Both the position numbers and the translations under genes were made by a program. A stretch of DNA of 64,000 bases from NCBI GenBank assembly GCA_040954595.2, contig CM082577.2, positions 4,216,305-4,280,304 on the forward strand. Reading direction: 5' to 3'. The stretch comes from Balanoglossus misakiensis (lineage: Eukaryota; Animalia; Hemichordata). Of this stretch, positions 37,801 to 53,106 are shown in pieces. Position 1 is the stretch's first letter. Every line of letters begins with the position of its first letter. Under the pieces are notes generated by a model that worked only from the letters and a program-made list of their open reading frames with translations, had not been told where the DNA came from and did no database searches.

Positions 37801-40800
37801 TAATGTTACATCTGCTATGTTACATAATCCTGGAAATGTCTAACACCATAAAGCATAAGGCAAAAAGTATACCATACATTACTGTCTCTCTGAGAGCCTG
37901 CTATGTACAACAAGCACACAAAAACACACAACATGCATGTTGCAAGCATCCCTTACAAAGAACCCAGATCTACCGGCCCTCAATCTAAGTAATGTGGAAT
38001 GGTCTTAAGGGACACCAACTTAACAGGTACAACAAGGCAGATGAAGCCAACGGGTATCAAGATTGACTAGTTTTCACATTGTTTGGGTTTGGATCCACCT
38101 CAGTCTACAGGGCAGCCATTACTACACCAGGTGGAATGAGACTACAATGACCATACCATAGCATGACATGTGTTTTTTAAACCATAACACTACACCCTTT
38201 CAAGCCAAAAGATGAGAGTTGAAATTACACAACATTTACAAAGAGGAGTGCATTATCCCATTTTTATGTCATTTAATACAGGAGGGGATAGCAAGATGCA
38301 ACTCATCCTTCTTTTTTTCCCCTCACGGGACGAGGCTCCCCATCTCCTCACCTCTGCTGTAGACGTCTTCCTCGTACGGCATCTCATCGTCGTCTTCTCC
38401 CTCGTCGGGATGCAGGACGTCATCATAGACGTGACTGTTGGCCTTCAGGGGCTTGGCGGTTTCTTTCTGCGGAGACTTGGCACCGACCGCGCTCTTCTCT
38501 GGAGACGACGGTGTTACCGCTCTCACTTTGGTTTCCTTGGCCGTTGTCTCTTCGTTAATCGCCACGTTGGAGTTTCTGCAGGACGGACAGTCTGACACCC
38601 CTTCCGACATGGGCTCGGGTGTGGTTTCTGACTGGGTGTTCGACAGGGGTGATATCACCGGTGAGCTATACGGTGGTGATGTTGGGGTCGGCAGAGACAA
38701 TTTTCTCGGTTTTTCCTTCTTCACTGGACTCTGTAGACAAATTACACAATCATGACATCATTTTTGAGATTGAGTTATTGTACATAAAATCATTAGTGGT
38801 GACAAATGTTCACATTGACAACCTGTATACAACCCCCTAAGACTTCTCACCACTGCTATGTAAATTTTATCACTTATCCACCCCCATTTTCCGGAAAATG
38901 GCCTCAACCATCTGAACTGAAAAGACAGGACTGTACCAAATGGACGGGGAGCGACACTGAGAGTTTCCAGTGTTGTTCCACCGGAAGTATATACAACACG
39001 AAACACAAATTACCGGCACTTCCACAGGGACAGGTAGAATCAGAGCGTTGTGAGGAGGGCTGTGCATGGTGTGATTCTCCTCTCTGCACTCCTCTGCCTC
39101 TTCCAACACGGCTGAACCTCTCAAAGAACTGCTGCCCAGCGAGTTGCCGCCTTGCGATGGTTTCCTGAGGAAAAGTGTGGGGCAAAAATAGAGCATAAGT
39201 GAAAAGAAATGAATTACAGGGGACTTTACACTCAAAATGTCTGTTGGATTTGCATGCGCTTTGGCATTGTATATCCTTGGGCAATAATCAGCTTGGTTGT
39301 TCTACATGTATGATTGAAGTGGCAATATTCTGAAACAGTCATGTACACAAACATTTGGACACACTCTTAACTACATGTTTACAAGTTTGACCTCACCTCC
39401 TTCCTCTCCTTGTTCGACCTTCGCTGGTTGCATCACCCCTCTCTCTCAAGTGACCACCTGGTGAAACATGAAACAAGCAATTTAAGTCTGTCTGCACTTT
39501 TGTATGCCAACGTACATACTGAGTGGTGGGAGTTATATTCTACATCAACACATGAAGTTTTATAATACATCCATCGAATGAAAGCAATCAGACACTTATA
39601 TTAAATTTTGTCAAATCTGCAAACAACAGTTCTGACAGCAATAAGAGACAGCAAGCACACACACACACAAATATTTTAGTCCAAAGCATTCAGATTCTCA
39701 AGACAAAAGACAACACTTGGCTTTACCTTCGGCAGCCAGGGGTGGAGGTCGGGGCGGCACAGACTGGGGACCATTCAGAGCTTCTCCAAGCGGGATGGCT
39801 TCATAACCAGGTGGCACGTTCTCTTGGCTTACCTAACAGAGAGCATTTTAATTCATAAAGAAAAAGAACAATCCCATAATAGAGCTACCAAGAAGAAGAT
39901 GTCTACATACAGGCGTTCTCGTGGGAGCGATGAATAAGGTTAAACACTGAATTGGTCAAGGACACCAATGAAATTGTTGACATGTACAAACTGGTCTATT
40001 CTTAGCAGGACTTGGAAGTTTGTTTGACACAGCCTTGGATCTGAACAAAATTCCTATCTATGCACTGCCATGTTTCCTGTGGACCATGGTGGCAGCTCAA
40101 ATTCTGGATCATAACATATTCTGAAAGATCAGCAAACTGTACACACAAGTGTGACTCCCAGTAATTCCCTCCACTAATGTCCTTACCCCACTCTCTTCTG
40201 CATCTGGCGTTGGAGCTGTACTACTCTTCTTCCTCAGGGCCCGGATTTGCAGCAAGGCTCTGAAAGCTATAAAGATCGGAACAATTACCACTATTGCAAT
40301 TTTCACCACCCATGACTTCTCAGCTGACAGTGAAAATTTGTTTAGAATTATAACTACAGTATTTGACTTCCTTTTCATGGTTACACTTCCCAATACGAAG
40401 TTTGAAATGATTTCATGAAACATCAGTTATTAAACAGGCAGTAACATCTACCTACTAACACGAATTTTGAGTACACATTCAAAATATGCTTTTAATGGCT
40501 GTATATTCACAATATACAGGTCCTGGAGTAATGGAAGGGGCCACAGTAGTGATTAAATCTGGTCAGTTTTAATCAGGTTTACAGACGCAAAAGCCACTTT
40601 CTAATTCTTAAGGTTGTTTCCAATTAAACAGCTCAGGTTATGTAAGTGTAAATACTCTTGTATTTACAGAAACTTAAGGGTGCCAGAGGCAAAGGTTTGT
40701 TTCGCTTTCATTTTCTATGTTCTATGAAAGTTGTCCTCACTCTGCTTCAGCTAGTGCGAATTAATCAAATTTATCTCATTTCCTAAGGCCAACCACTGAA

Positions 40801-43800
40801 GAGTATTGTCTATTTTTCATAGAGACTTTTAGTCCCCTTTCCTATTCAATCCACCCTTTTGAAAATCCTGTAACTCAACCTTGGCTTTGCTTCAACATGG
40901 CACGCTTCAACAACCCACAGCTGATTTGTTTATGCACAACCGATAAACAGTAGCAACCCCAATTTTTCTTTGCAAGTGGCAAATTTGCATATGAAAGCGA
41001 TTTCAGTTGACACCACTGAAAAGACAGTCATCCATGACAATAGATGCGATTGTCACCAGTTCTACAGTTCACAGTCTGGGGCACAGTGGCCCTTTACACT
41101 GGGACCACTCTTTACAACACAGTCCGCTCTATTGATTTCCTATTGAAGCATTCACCGCCATTTGAATGACTGGTATTTATTGACCAATATATCAGTGTAT
41201 GTACACGTAAGCAGCAGGGTGTGCAAGTCCAATGCAGGAGGTGTGGAAAGTGGATAAATCAATTATTGCCACAATATTCACCGGACAATTTCAGTCCTTT
41301 CCACCACCGAGAATAGACTACATGATGTAAAGTTACACAGTACTACTCAAACTTGTGACTCATGAGATGCAGATTGTCCTTTCAAATAATCAAAAACCAC
41401 TCCTTTCGTTTTCTTGACATATCTATTGTGGTGAGCATGTTTAAAGTACACAAGATAAACATTGTCTGCTCTACGCTAAACGAAACAGTTATACGCAATT
41501 TGCTTTTTGTAATGGAAATTGACCAGTAAGGCTTGATGAGAACAACATCTATCATTATCAACCTGTCACAGCCAGTAATTCAGTCACATAGTTATACAGT
41601 CAAATAGAGACGTGTTTCTTTGGAAAGTCACAGATAGAAATCGACATGGCCCAATCATCACTGGGCCGTGATATGAGATGGATTTACGGAAGTAATGGAA
41701 AATACTTTTGACAAATCCATTGATCTAGCACAATGAAACACTCCCACACAACTGACATCATGTAGATTCATCATACTTACGAGCTCTACAGATGGGACAG
41801 CAACTCGACTGGTACCTAAGAGAATCAGCTGTGAAAGAAGAAGAAGACAGAGACGGAACTAAGTAAAATGTTACATGCGAAGTATGCACGGCACTGCCAG
41901 TAAAAACCAATGTCAAGCAAGACGAGTTTCCTCTGAAATTTTTTTACAGCTAACGATACTGTCACTAGATAATGATACATTAGAATTTCCTTTCTTACAG
42001 TTGACGGTTCGTGATTATGGTAGGATCGTGAGACACACAAACGGGGAAATTCCATTCAGAACTTACCACAGCCACTACACAGGCAGAGATGTCTACAAGG
42101 CAGAATCAACGTATCCCTAAGATCACACATACAGATGACACACTCGGATCCATTGTCTTCGAGGAAATCATCTTCAAGCAACTGTGAACACACAACAATG
42201 TGTAAACAACATACTACAAACTAAATAGTACACCAAATTTGTAGATTGAAATTCACCAATTCTAACAGCATGGTATGTTAAAGGCTGTGGGATTTCTACA
42301 TAACATTTTTTGAGCAAACTTGGGAAATTTCAAATTCTACAAACATCAAGAGTCTGCATTAGTCACCTTGTTATTTTCCATGGCAGTCTTGTTCTCAATG
42401 CCGTAGATCTCTTGCAGTAAATAGCACACCCCATCCACCATCTGTTTCTGCTTGAGTGGCTTCAATGCAAACAACCCTTCAGACGTCTTCTCAAACGTAG
42501 CAAACAGCATGTGAGAATGACCAGAATATTCTGAAAGATGACACACAATTACGCACAGGTCTTATTAATGGATGATTCAAATGCAAATTTCATAAAACTA
42601 ATTTTTGTTCAAAAGGACTAAATCTCATAAATGATTGTGTTTTTGATTCTTACACAAAGAAAAGTTTTCAAAAAATGAGTAACTGGAAAAAATTATGCTG
42701 CTGAAAAAAATCAAAATTTCATCAACAGTGCTCATAACAGAAATAACAAAGGATAAAGACTTACCTTCTCCTTGTTCCTCAACATTGCACTGTATTACCA
42801 CTGGAATATTATCTCTGATGGGATCAAAGTTGAACTGAAAAACAACAGAGGGTGAAAAGGTTACTTTTGACCTTTTACCCAATGCCTACAGCCAAAAAGC
42901 TTCATCCCACCATGTAGAAACGAGTCAATGATAACAAAGGGTTTCAGGATGTAAAAAAGATTGTAATGGGAGAGTATGATAAATGGGTCTGGTTTGAAAT
43001 CCAAAATGTAATAATTTCAACATGTTTAGAACTGCAAAAGCAATCACAGCTTGAGAGACTTTGTGATTTATATAATGGCACTGATATGACAGTTTGCTTT
43101 TCCCATATTCATCATCAATATCAACTTTTTATATAACCGGTATTATGATACTGCTTAACTGGACTAACATACACAATTACATTGCACTATTCCAATAGTC
43201 CTATCAAGAAGATAGAATTACTGAAAATGAACAATTTGTGCAAAACACAATTTAGGTCATCTCTTAGTCCATCTCAGAATCTGTAATTGCAGTCACATTT
43301 AAACAAATAACAAACACTTGAAACAGCCAGCAAAATTAGGATTTATGATTCTGTCACTTTTTCAAACAATTTATCATTTCCAACTGATGGTCTGTGCTTG
43401 TAAATTTTTTTAAAGATGAGATTAAACATACATGAATATTAGGGTCGTGTCAATAATATATTCACAAAGGCCTGTGACGTTTTCATTTGTGTGAAAACTC
43501 AAATGGCATTGACCGAACATCTGTATAGTCACAACAAGCTTTACCAAGTCAAGGTCAAAGTCCTGGCACTGTTAAGGACAAGGTCAGGTTCACAGAATAG
43601 CAGCTGGATAGTTATTTGCTATACCACAGTAATTTATACTACCCTAACTTAGCCAATCACATGACAAACACAAATACTCAAAATCGATGCCATATGATGC
43701 ACAGATCAAAATGTATTCAGATCAAAATGTTTTCACTTTTATCATGTGATTATTATTTTACCAGCTTATGTATTCATTCCTGGGCTATCATAATTAAATG

Positions 43801-46800
43801 GCTTTATTGCTGTACATTATCAATATTTACATAAATATATGTACATACTAGTATTTTAACTGTCACATTGGAAAGATTCCAATTCTACTTTCGAACGCCT
43901 TACCTCGGATATAGATCCAATGTCACTGCTGAAAACAATGTAACCACCAAAAACACACCATGGCTAACGCTAAAATTACACAACGAACACTGACACTAAA
44001 AAACCCCACTCGCTGACTGAAACTGTTACTGGGATTAAGTTCCTCGTTATGTTAAGTAGTGCTGTATAATTTACAGATTCCGTATAAGGCACTGAGTGAC
44101 TTCATGTCACAACCCAGTTTACCCAGATCAACTAAGCTCATAAATACAAAGTCCCCAACGGAGACATCAAGTCAAATTTCTTCATAATTACACACTATAC
44201 TTTACACACACACCTCTTTGTTTGTCTGATTGACCTTTCCATTGATATTTACAAGATATTGCCTTTATCCTAAAATTTTAAATACACTCTGTTAGTTGTG
44301 CAGTCTGACTCTTACGAGCAAACAATTTGTGACATGTTGCCATGCCTGTTGTAACGTATTCCATAAAATCAATATCTTGGCTTGGCTTCAAGAATGCTGT
44401 ATTATCTTCCTGGAAGAGGGTTATTCTCTTCCTGTACTATTCACTTATAACACAGTCTACTAATGGACCATCTGGAGGTTGGCAGAGCTGTTCATTTATA
44501 TCTTGGGACACAAAATTACAACGAAAATATATCTTCCTTGTACATCATATCATAAAATTTCAATGGACACACTTGGACGTGTTTGCATTAAAAATTCTAC
44601 TAGTACACCTAGTCCACCTTAGTCCTACACCAGACACAGAGAGATGATTAAGTTTCCATTCACTAGCTAAGTTAGCTGGTTGACTAGAGTCTCAGGACTA
44701 TTTGGGACGGATGGCTATGTTTACAGAAATTGTAAAACACATTTACAAAACATGAAGACAGTACCATCTGACTGCATAAAACTCAATCTAGCCTTTTCAT
44801 GCCACAATCTGTCCTTTTCATTCCTGAGACAACCGGAATAGGCAAAGTCTGAGGAATGCTTGTACCCCTAAAAGCGGGTCACACAAAGGGTCTAGATGGA
44901 GACACGGAACTGAGAATGCTATGGTATTGCTTGTTTGCTGACCCGGAGAAGGGTCAATCCTGGCAAACAATTACATCAGTTTGAGGATAAACGCTTCTTT
45001 TTTGTCTTCACACGCATACCATTTCTGATTCAAGTAGTCTGCCTGTCTGGTAATACATGACTGATCAGCCAGTAGCAATCAGAATTACCAGACTATTTAT
45101 GTCAACAATTTCACGAAAATGTTTGCGACATTCCAGACTCACAACATACAGCCAGGTTCACACACACACATGTTCAGATCAGACCTCATACAAATACTTG
45201 AAAGCAGCCAATACACAAATAGCTTGCCTCCATTACTATGTATACAGATACCCAACCCTATACATTTATTTTTCATTATTAATCCATGTAAATCCTTTAA
45301 GAAAGACATTTGAATGTATAACAGACCTTTTTAGATACATTTCAATTTTGACCGAGGGCAGTACCCTTTTATTCAACTACACCACCAGAAACAAAAATGT
45401 TCTTTACCTCATTTTCATTGAATTTAGATGGGTCAATCACATAGTTTGCCTGGACAAACTGTTGATTGGCACCTCTCTTGTAGTAGAATGTTTCCGATGT
45501 GTGTGTTGGATCTTTGGATGTGTACCTATAATATTGAAATGACAGCTAATGAGTAAGAGAAATAACAAACCAAAATACAAAATGTACAACTTTATGAAGT
45601 GTATGAAATTGAAAATTCTACCAAGTAAAAGAGAAACTTACATAACTTTCCCATTACTTATATCTTCCGCTGCAAAGTAATGAATAGTTATGCCAACTTT
45701 GGCTTCTGTGTCAAATGTAAATTCTATGGTGTACTGATTGCTGGGAATTTCTTCTGTGTCGTCATCCGCCAAGCATCTGAAATATGTAACATAATAATTT
45801 TCCAAGCTTTAATGTGCAGCAAAAAGCCTTAGATTTAAATTGAAGTGTCAAACTAGCATCATTATTCATATCACCTGGAAATATTGATTATATCGGATAT
45901 CACCTGGCCATTACTCCAGTATCAATCTTCAGAGTCTAGTACCTAGTTGAACTCAAAATAGAATGCCTCACCTGTTTTCTTTCACTAGCCGAAGAGAATC
46001 TTTCCTAATGTTCACAAGACTTTTCAGTGTCTTTGTGGGTTCATTACTTTGAGGTGCTGGGTAGGGAAACTAGAAAATAACAGAGAAACACAATGATTCA
46101 GAAAACAGAATTTTGTTCGTGATTATTTTGTTTGTATGTTTAACAGTAGCTGCTACTTTCCCACCTGGTTACAACCCCTTGGCCCCCAAAAATAGAACAT
46201 GCATTTGAAGTGTGTTTAATAGTCTGTCTTTAGTAAATTTTACAAACATGAAGCATTTCGTGAGAAGAACTACCTTCATGTATTTGGATTCTTAAAGCAA
46301 TACTTTCACAATACAGGTGACAGTAATACACCCATCACACTTACTGGAGCAGGTCTACTGCCTAAGAAGTTGAGGTCTGAATTTTCTCCAAAGAGGTAAG
46401 ACTCTGGTTGGGCAGTTTCAAATCGCTGACCACCCATCATGAAGTGGCTCCCAAAGTAGCAACCTGAAGGGAATTGAGAAAATAACATTGTTTTTCCTAA
46501 TTATCATGGACATTAAATGTCTGTACATGTATATGATTATCACTGCACTATCGCAGATAGTCATGTGGAACTTCTACTGAATTGGTGATATCTTGTTCCT
46601 TCATGTGCACATTTCTCACCACACTGTGATATTTCTAATTTCAGTCCACTTATCCGTCTCAATTACTGTTATAAGTATCACTTCAATTGTATCATTTATG
46701 TGCAGGTACATTGTATATACATGTGATTGTCTGCCATTTGGCCAATACCAATCAAAATCTCGAGCTAAGGTACTGCAGCTATATCATGACAGCTGTTGAC

Positions 46801-47149
46801 GACACAACTCTTGATCATTCCATTATGATCATTCTCAACCATTGTCTAGACAAAACACATTTTTTTTTATTATGAAGTATTTTATACGCGAAAGGATATG
46901 CTATACATATTAATAAATTAATTAACTGAATAAATGAGCTGCGGGATGTTACTGATGGCTTCCGAAATGTGCCAATGTCAAAATCAGAACTGTAATTACA
47001 CAAGGCGAGGACAGCTGACAAACAAGGATGGAAGGATGAACGGAAGACGTTTTCCTCTCACCTGATTTCGGCGGATATCTGTAAGCCGAATTTGCCGCTA
47101 TATCAAGTTCCTCAACACCCCCATTCTGGGCACTAGTGAGATTACCCAT
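34871..47149 (-). CDS. MGRN1: E3 ubiquitin ligase Mahogunin/RNF157 family, core model 15 coding exons, about 664 aa
   Basis: Exons: 47062-47149 (MGNLTS..., myristoylation-type Gly2; YRYPPKSG), 46345-46463 ([10 protein letters not shown]...[16 protein letters not shown]), 45972-46069, 45642-45776, 45408-45525, 42765-42834, 42367-42530 ([25 protein letters not shown]), 42067-42181 and 41781-41828 ([45 protein letters not shown]), 40187-40266 ([10 protein letters not shown]), 39727-39832 ([16 protein letters not shown]), 39397-39457, 39014-39164, 38352-38730, 34871-35133. Total 1995 nt. The 3' exons are less certain. Confidence 0.9.
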
Positions 47150-48320
<1,171 letters not shown>

Positions 48321-48419
48321 TCCTCTCCGTCTACGATGATTTCAATGTTGTGTTCCAAAATTGGAATCTCATTAATATTCATAACACACCATTCCTGCTA
48401 TTTCATGCCTCTGACCTGA

Positions 48420-48587
<168 letters not shown>

Positions 48588-51500
48588 TAAACAAACATGG
48601 CGTCCAGTCAACGAAGGAAGGAGCTAGTGCAGAGTGTATTGCAAAACGCAACAATTATATCCCATTATATCGCACAAACCAAATAAGGATAATATCATTG
48701 CGTTTTGAGAGACAGGATTGGAAATGACGGAGTTGCGTTTTAGCGATCTGTGCCAAGAAAGGACCACAATAATAAGACGGATTTGATACATTGTGTGAGG
48801 AAATACTTGGACACGATGACTGTAGCACACGGTCGATATTTAAAAAACCTTTTTAAAAACCGTGATCAGACGGGTGGATAATGGATGTGATGAGAAGAGA
48901 TTGAACTCTAATAATTGTTGTATTGAGCTGAGAGTAGGACTTGGAGTTTGCCTTTGATTTGTTTTCATACCAACAAATTATTAATTATTGCGTAATCATG
49001 AAGTCATTTACACGTAGTGCTCACAAAATGAGAAAACCCGTCTTCATGTATTTTTTTGTGTTCTCAGGTTCTTTTTGTATTTGTATGATGTGTATGTGAA
49101 AGGACCACACAGATATGGGCAGTCACTGCGATCAGTGAACCTACCTCACTAGGCAGGGTAGCATGCAGCGCCAAAAAAATGACCATTTTGGTCAGTTTTC
49201 TGAGGCTGTTTGCTTCCAAACCAAAACCCCAAGGTATATTTGACAGACATGTCTGTTATGTGACTTACAGCAATGATATTATTGTGTCAATGGGTGCCAC
49301 ATTCTTTCCAAATGTGTCGCCTATTGTACCGAAGTCCACTGTTCACAGGCTGCCCTGAATGTAGTGTAAATGCAAAACACAAAATATCCACTATTTCTTA
49401 AAGTAGCTTTATTAACCTTGTTTAATAATGCATAGTATCATTGGTGTTCTGTAAATCTTTACTGCCGAGTTTTCTCATGTGCTACGAGCAAGAACTGCAA
49501 GTTATAAGAAATTATCAGCAGACAGAGACTTCCTTATACCATTATAATGAGTGAGAGTATATAGACTTTTTGTACATGACACATTGTGTGTGAGGAGAAG
49601 AGACAAATTTTGTAGCTGTTTCTTTTGGGCAGTCAGTTTACCCCACAGCACATTCATAGATGTTTCAAATATTCACAGTAGTAATACTGTTTTTCATCGT
49701 CATCATTAAGTGTACCTGAGCAAGAGTGAGTGAGGGTTGTTACTAAATTTCACACTTTATCTGTGTGTAAATCTACTCTAATCCATGATTTTTTGCATGG
49801 AGAAAATGTATAATATATTTGCTGGATAGTCAGGTTGTAGTGTAAATTTGTGTCTTTTTTATATTTTTGGGTTGGAGAGCTTTATTTGACATGCTTGTCA
49901 CTTTGCGAAGAGGTACAAGAGTACGAGAAATTTAACTGACAAAAAAGGTAGTTTATTTTGTATTCGTTTGACAGAGAGATCAGTCATCCCTTAGTCATGA
50001 AAATATTCACATGACGAAATCTCATAATAAAACAATTAGAGTGAAAATTAATTGCATGTGGTTGTTACTATGTGATTTTTTGCTAGGGAAGCTGTGTGAT
50101 ATTGACTTGGGAGGTGTGTTGTTACTGGGGGTGTGGTGCGTCTATGGGTGGTTTTGACATGGGATGTGTATGGTTGTAACTGATACACACAATTATATCA
50201 TCCCTGGGTCTTGCACAGGAAAAGAAACTGGTGCAAGGACACCAGCCCTCATTTCCTGTTTTGCTTATACACATCAGAGGCTGTTGGCTATTTTAAAACT
50301 ACTAGTGTTGCGACAGTGTTCAGAAAAGCTATGGGCCTGTGCCCTGCCCCAGCATAACATGACAGTTACTTAGTTAGTGTCCAGGGGGAAATGTTATTGT
50401 TTTCCTTGCCTACATAATGAAATGTGTTATCTAACCGGTTATTGTTACGCTAATGGCGGGTGTTCATTTGCAATGCAGAATGACAGGCAAGAGACTGTTA
50501 TAAATCATAGTGCTGGCCTTGTTGTAGACCAGGCAACCTTGGTGTTGTTGTTGTTATTGTTTATGTGTTAGTCATAACAGTTTCAACATGTACTGTGGAC
50601 TTCCCTGAACCAAACCAGAATGGTAGAAGTACCACTTAAGGGAAAAAAAGTGATAATTGGAATATATATCTAACAAACCTAGTGGTATGGACTGAAAATG
50701 GAAAACGGTCACATTCCTAAGCGTCATTTCGAATCAAGCATGCCAAGCCTATCAGTTACAGTGTATCAATACTTTGTGCATGTCATAGTTCTAAATACAA
50801 ACTCATAATCTCAGAGTTATTTTTTGCCGATGCGAGGCAAATCTTGTGGGCCACAAAGGAGTAAGTCTTACCATGCACCAGAATTAGTTCAAATGCCATC
50901 CCACCCTGAAAATCATTAATCTCTGTCTGGGGGCTGAACTATATGCAGACACAGATTAGAAAGAAACTTTTCAACTCCTGTGACCTTGTTGAAAGCAGGT
51001 CAGTCACTCCGCTAGGGTAGCAGCAAATCCAACAGCTGGGCAGATAAGGCATAACAACTTTATAACGCGAAAATGAAAACAAGTTGTCAGCCTTGTCGAG
51101 CGCTGTATGACCTGTAAAAAATGTTGCATGATATAGGGTGGCTGATGGTTATCTTGGATTGTACAAAAGCTGAGAACATTTTGAAATATTTCAACCTTTT
51201 CACAACTATGATCAACATTTTTGTCACGATTACATCAATAGGGAAGTGGCATGAATGTTGACCCAAGGGGGGGGGGGAGACACATTGTTCATATCCCCTC
51301 TATGGTAGATACATGATCTAAACATTTTCTGTCCTGAACCACCTACCACTGAAATTCATCAGACCCAATTGAAATTCTCTATGATTTGATTTGTCTTCGA
51401 TTTGCTAAAATTATTTGAATTCATGAGTCATGAAAACCGAAATTACATTTGCATGAATCCATGTATTTCATTGATTCTATTTTGACTAAAAAAGGGGTGA

Positions 51501-53013
51501 GGAAATTTCCCAATTCCTTCTGCGTTTCAAATGGGAGAAAACACGAAATACCGTTCACATTATGCACGCTTTTAATCGCTGGTTTGTGTCACTGAGCAGT
51601 TTAAAATTTTGGTTCATTCATTTGGCCGCGGAAGTTGCATTCATTGCGTGCATTCATCCTCTTGCAAATGAGTCACACAATGAGAGCATTTTTCAGTCGC
51701 CTAAATCAATCACCACAAAATTCCACATCGACTCTCCAAAGAACGGCGAGCAAATGATGTGACAAAAAGATAACCTTGCCAACGGCTTGTTAGACTATGT
51801 TGGCTTCCTCCCTCCCCAATATATTTACTGCCTTCTTTTCTGCTGAAGATCTTAGTCTCACACAATGAAGCATAAAAGACATCACCCCACATTGGTGCAC
51901 AAAACGTACGCAGGAAGTCTAAAGCACCCCAGATTTAAAAAAAAAAAGTATAATTCCCGTCAAGGTCATTGAGCTTGCTCAAGGTCATTGCCTGGGGAAA
52001 TACGTCGCAGGACGTCGGCCAGTGTATCAGAGAAAATAGCAGACTAAGAAAAATAAACCTACACGTACTGTACATTTTAGTCAACGCTTGCACAGATTTA
52101 TAATAATTGTGGTGTTAATTGCAAAAACTAACATTATATAATGCACAGTTTCAGTAAAATGATACGCTTATATAACATGATTTATGTAAACTCTTCAATC
52201 TAAATACATGTATACGCATATCGGGAACACTGAAGTCACGTTTTCGTACATGCTTGCACGTTGGCAGAAGATCCGCCACTTTTGCATATTTCATAAACAT
52301 CAGAATCATTCTCATGTCTTTTGTCAGATATTTTAAATGATGTCATTTTTACAAAATTTCAACTGAAGGGGTTGAACATGAGCCATAAAATACAGTTTGA
52401 CGATTGTGTCTTTGAGCGCCGTTATTTATCACAAACAGCATTCAACAAGTCGTGGCCAGATTGTCAAAATTTAATAATCGCAGTTACATCAATAATCGAC
52501 CGACAAGGTACTAAATAACCCGGTACGCATGATCGATGCATGTATCCCGTTGGATAGGATCTGTGTGGTTATAATTATATAAATCAGGTTATGCTTTGTT
52601 CAAACAGTCATATTTTTATGGTACTATGCCGAACCGGGCCCCTGCTCCGTTTTATTTAGAACTTTATCCTCCCACTCTCAAATAAATGTGGACTGGTGAC
52701 GTAAGAAAATGATATTGTGCACAAATATAGCTACTATCACAACAAAGATTTCATAGCCTGGTATCCAGACCGCAGTGTGTTTTAGATTCATGGAGTTGTA
52801 ATCTCGGGATAATATATAATCGTAATGTTTGGATGGGTCCAACGTCTAAGCCAGTATTTGTTTATTCACGACGCTGTGGTTTAGAATATCTTTTGTTGCT
52901 ACATCAACTTCTGGTGATAAATGTGATATGATGGATTCAAAGGTGTCCTGTAAGGATCAACGGAGGACCCAAAGTTTTATTCAGATCATTTCTCCAACAA
53001 GTAGAAATCGTTG

Positions 53014-53106
53014 TAGCCCGGAGACACAGGCGTCGATCTAGAATACAACGCCCGGGGACAGTAGTGAAATTTCCTTTTCCCCTACTACGCCTGTGTCTCC
53101 GGGCTA
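53014..53106. mobile_element. 93-bp MITE with TAG termini and 9-bp TSD (AcademH-like)
   Basis: Perfect 20-bp TIR TAGCCCGGAGACACAGGCGT. Flanking direct repeat AAATCGTTG at 53005-53013 and 53107-53115. Confidence 0.88.

Noticed and set aside
44340-44960. Additional exon-like segments in MGRN1 intron 5 (IDPSP..., KRITLFQED...)
   Set aside because: Weak or non-canonical donors, implausibly short introns, or in-frame stops. Not supportable.
48597-48686. AAACATGGCG-initiated short ORF (MASSQRRKELVQ...)
   Set aside because: 29 codons with no clear donor or homology. More likely a YY1-type promoter motif or a uORF.
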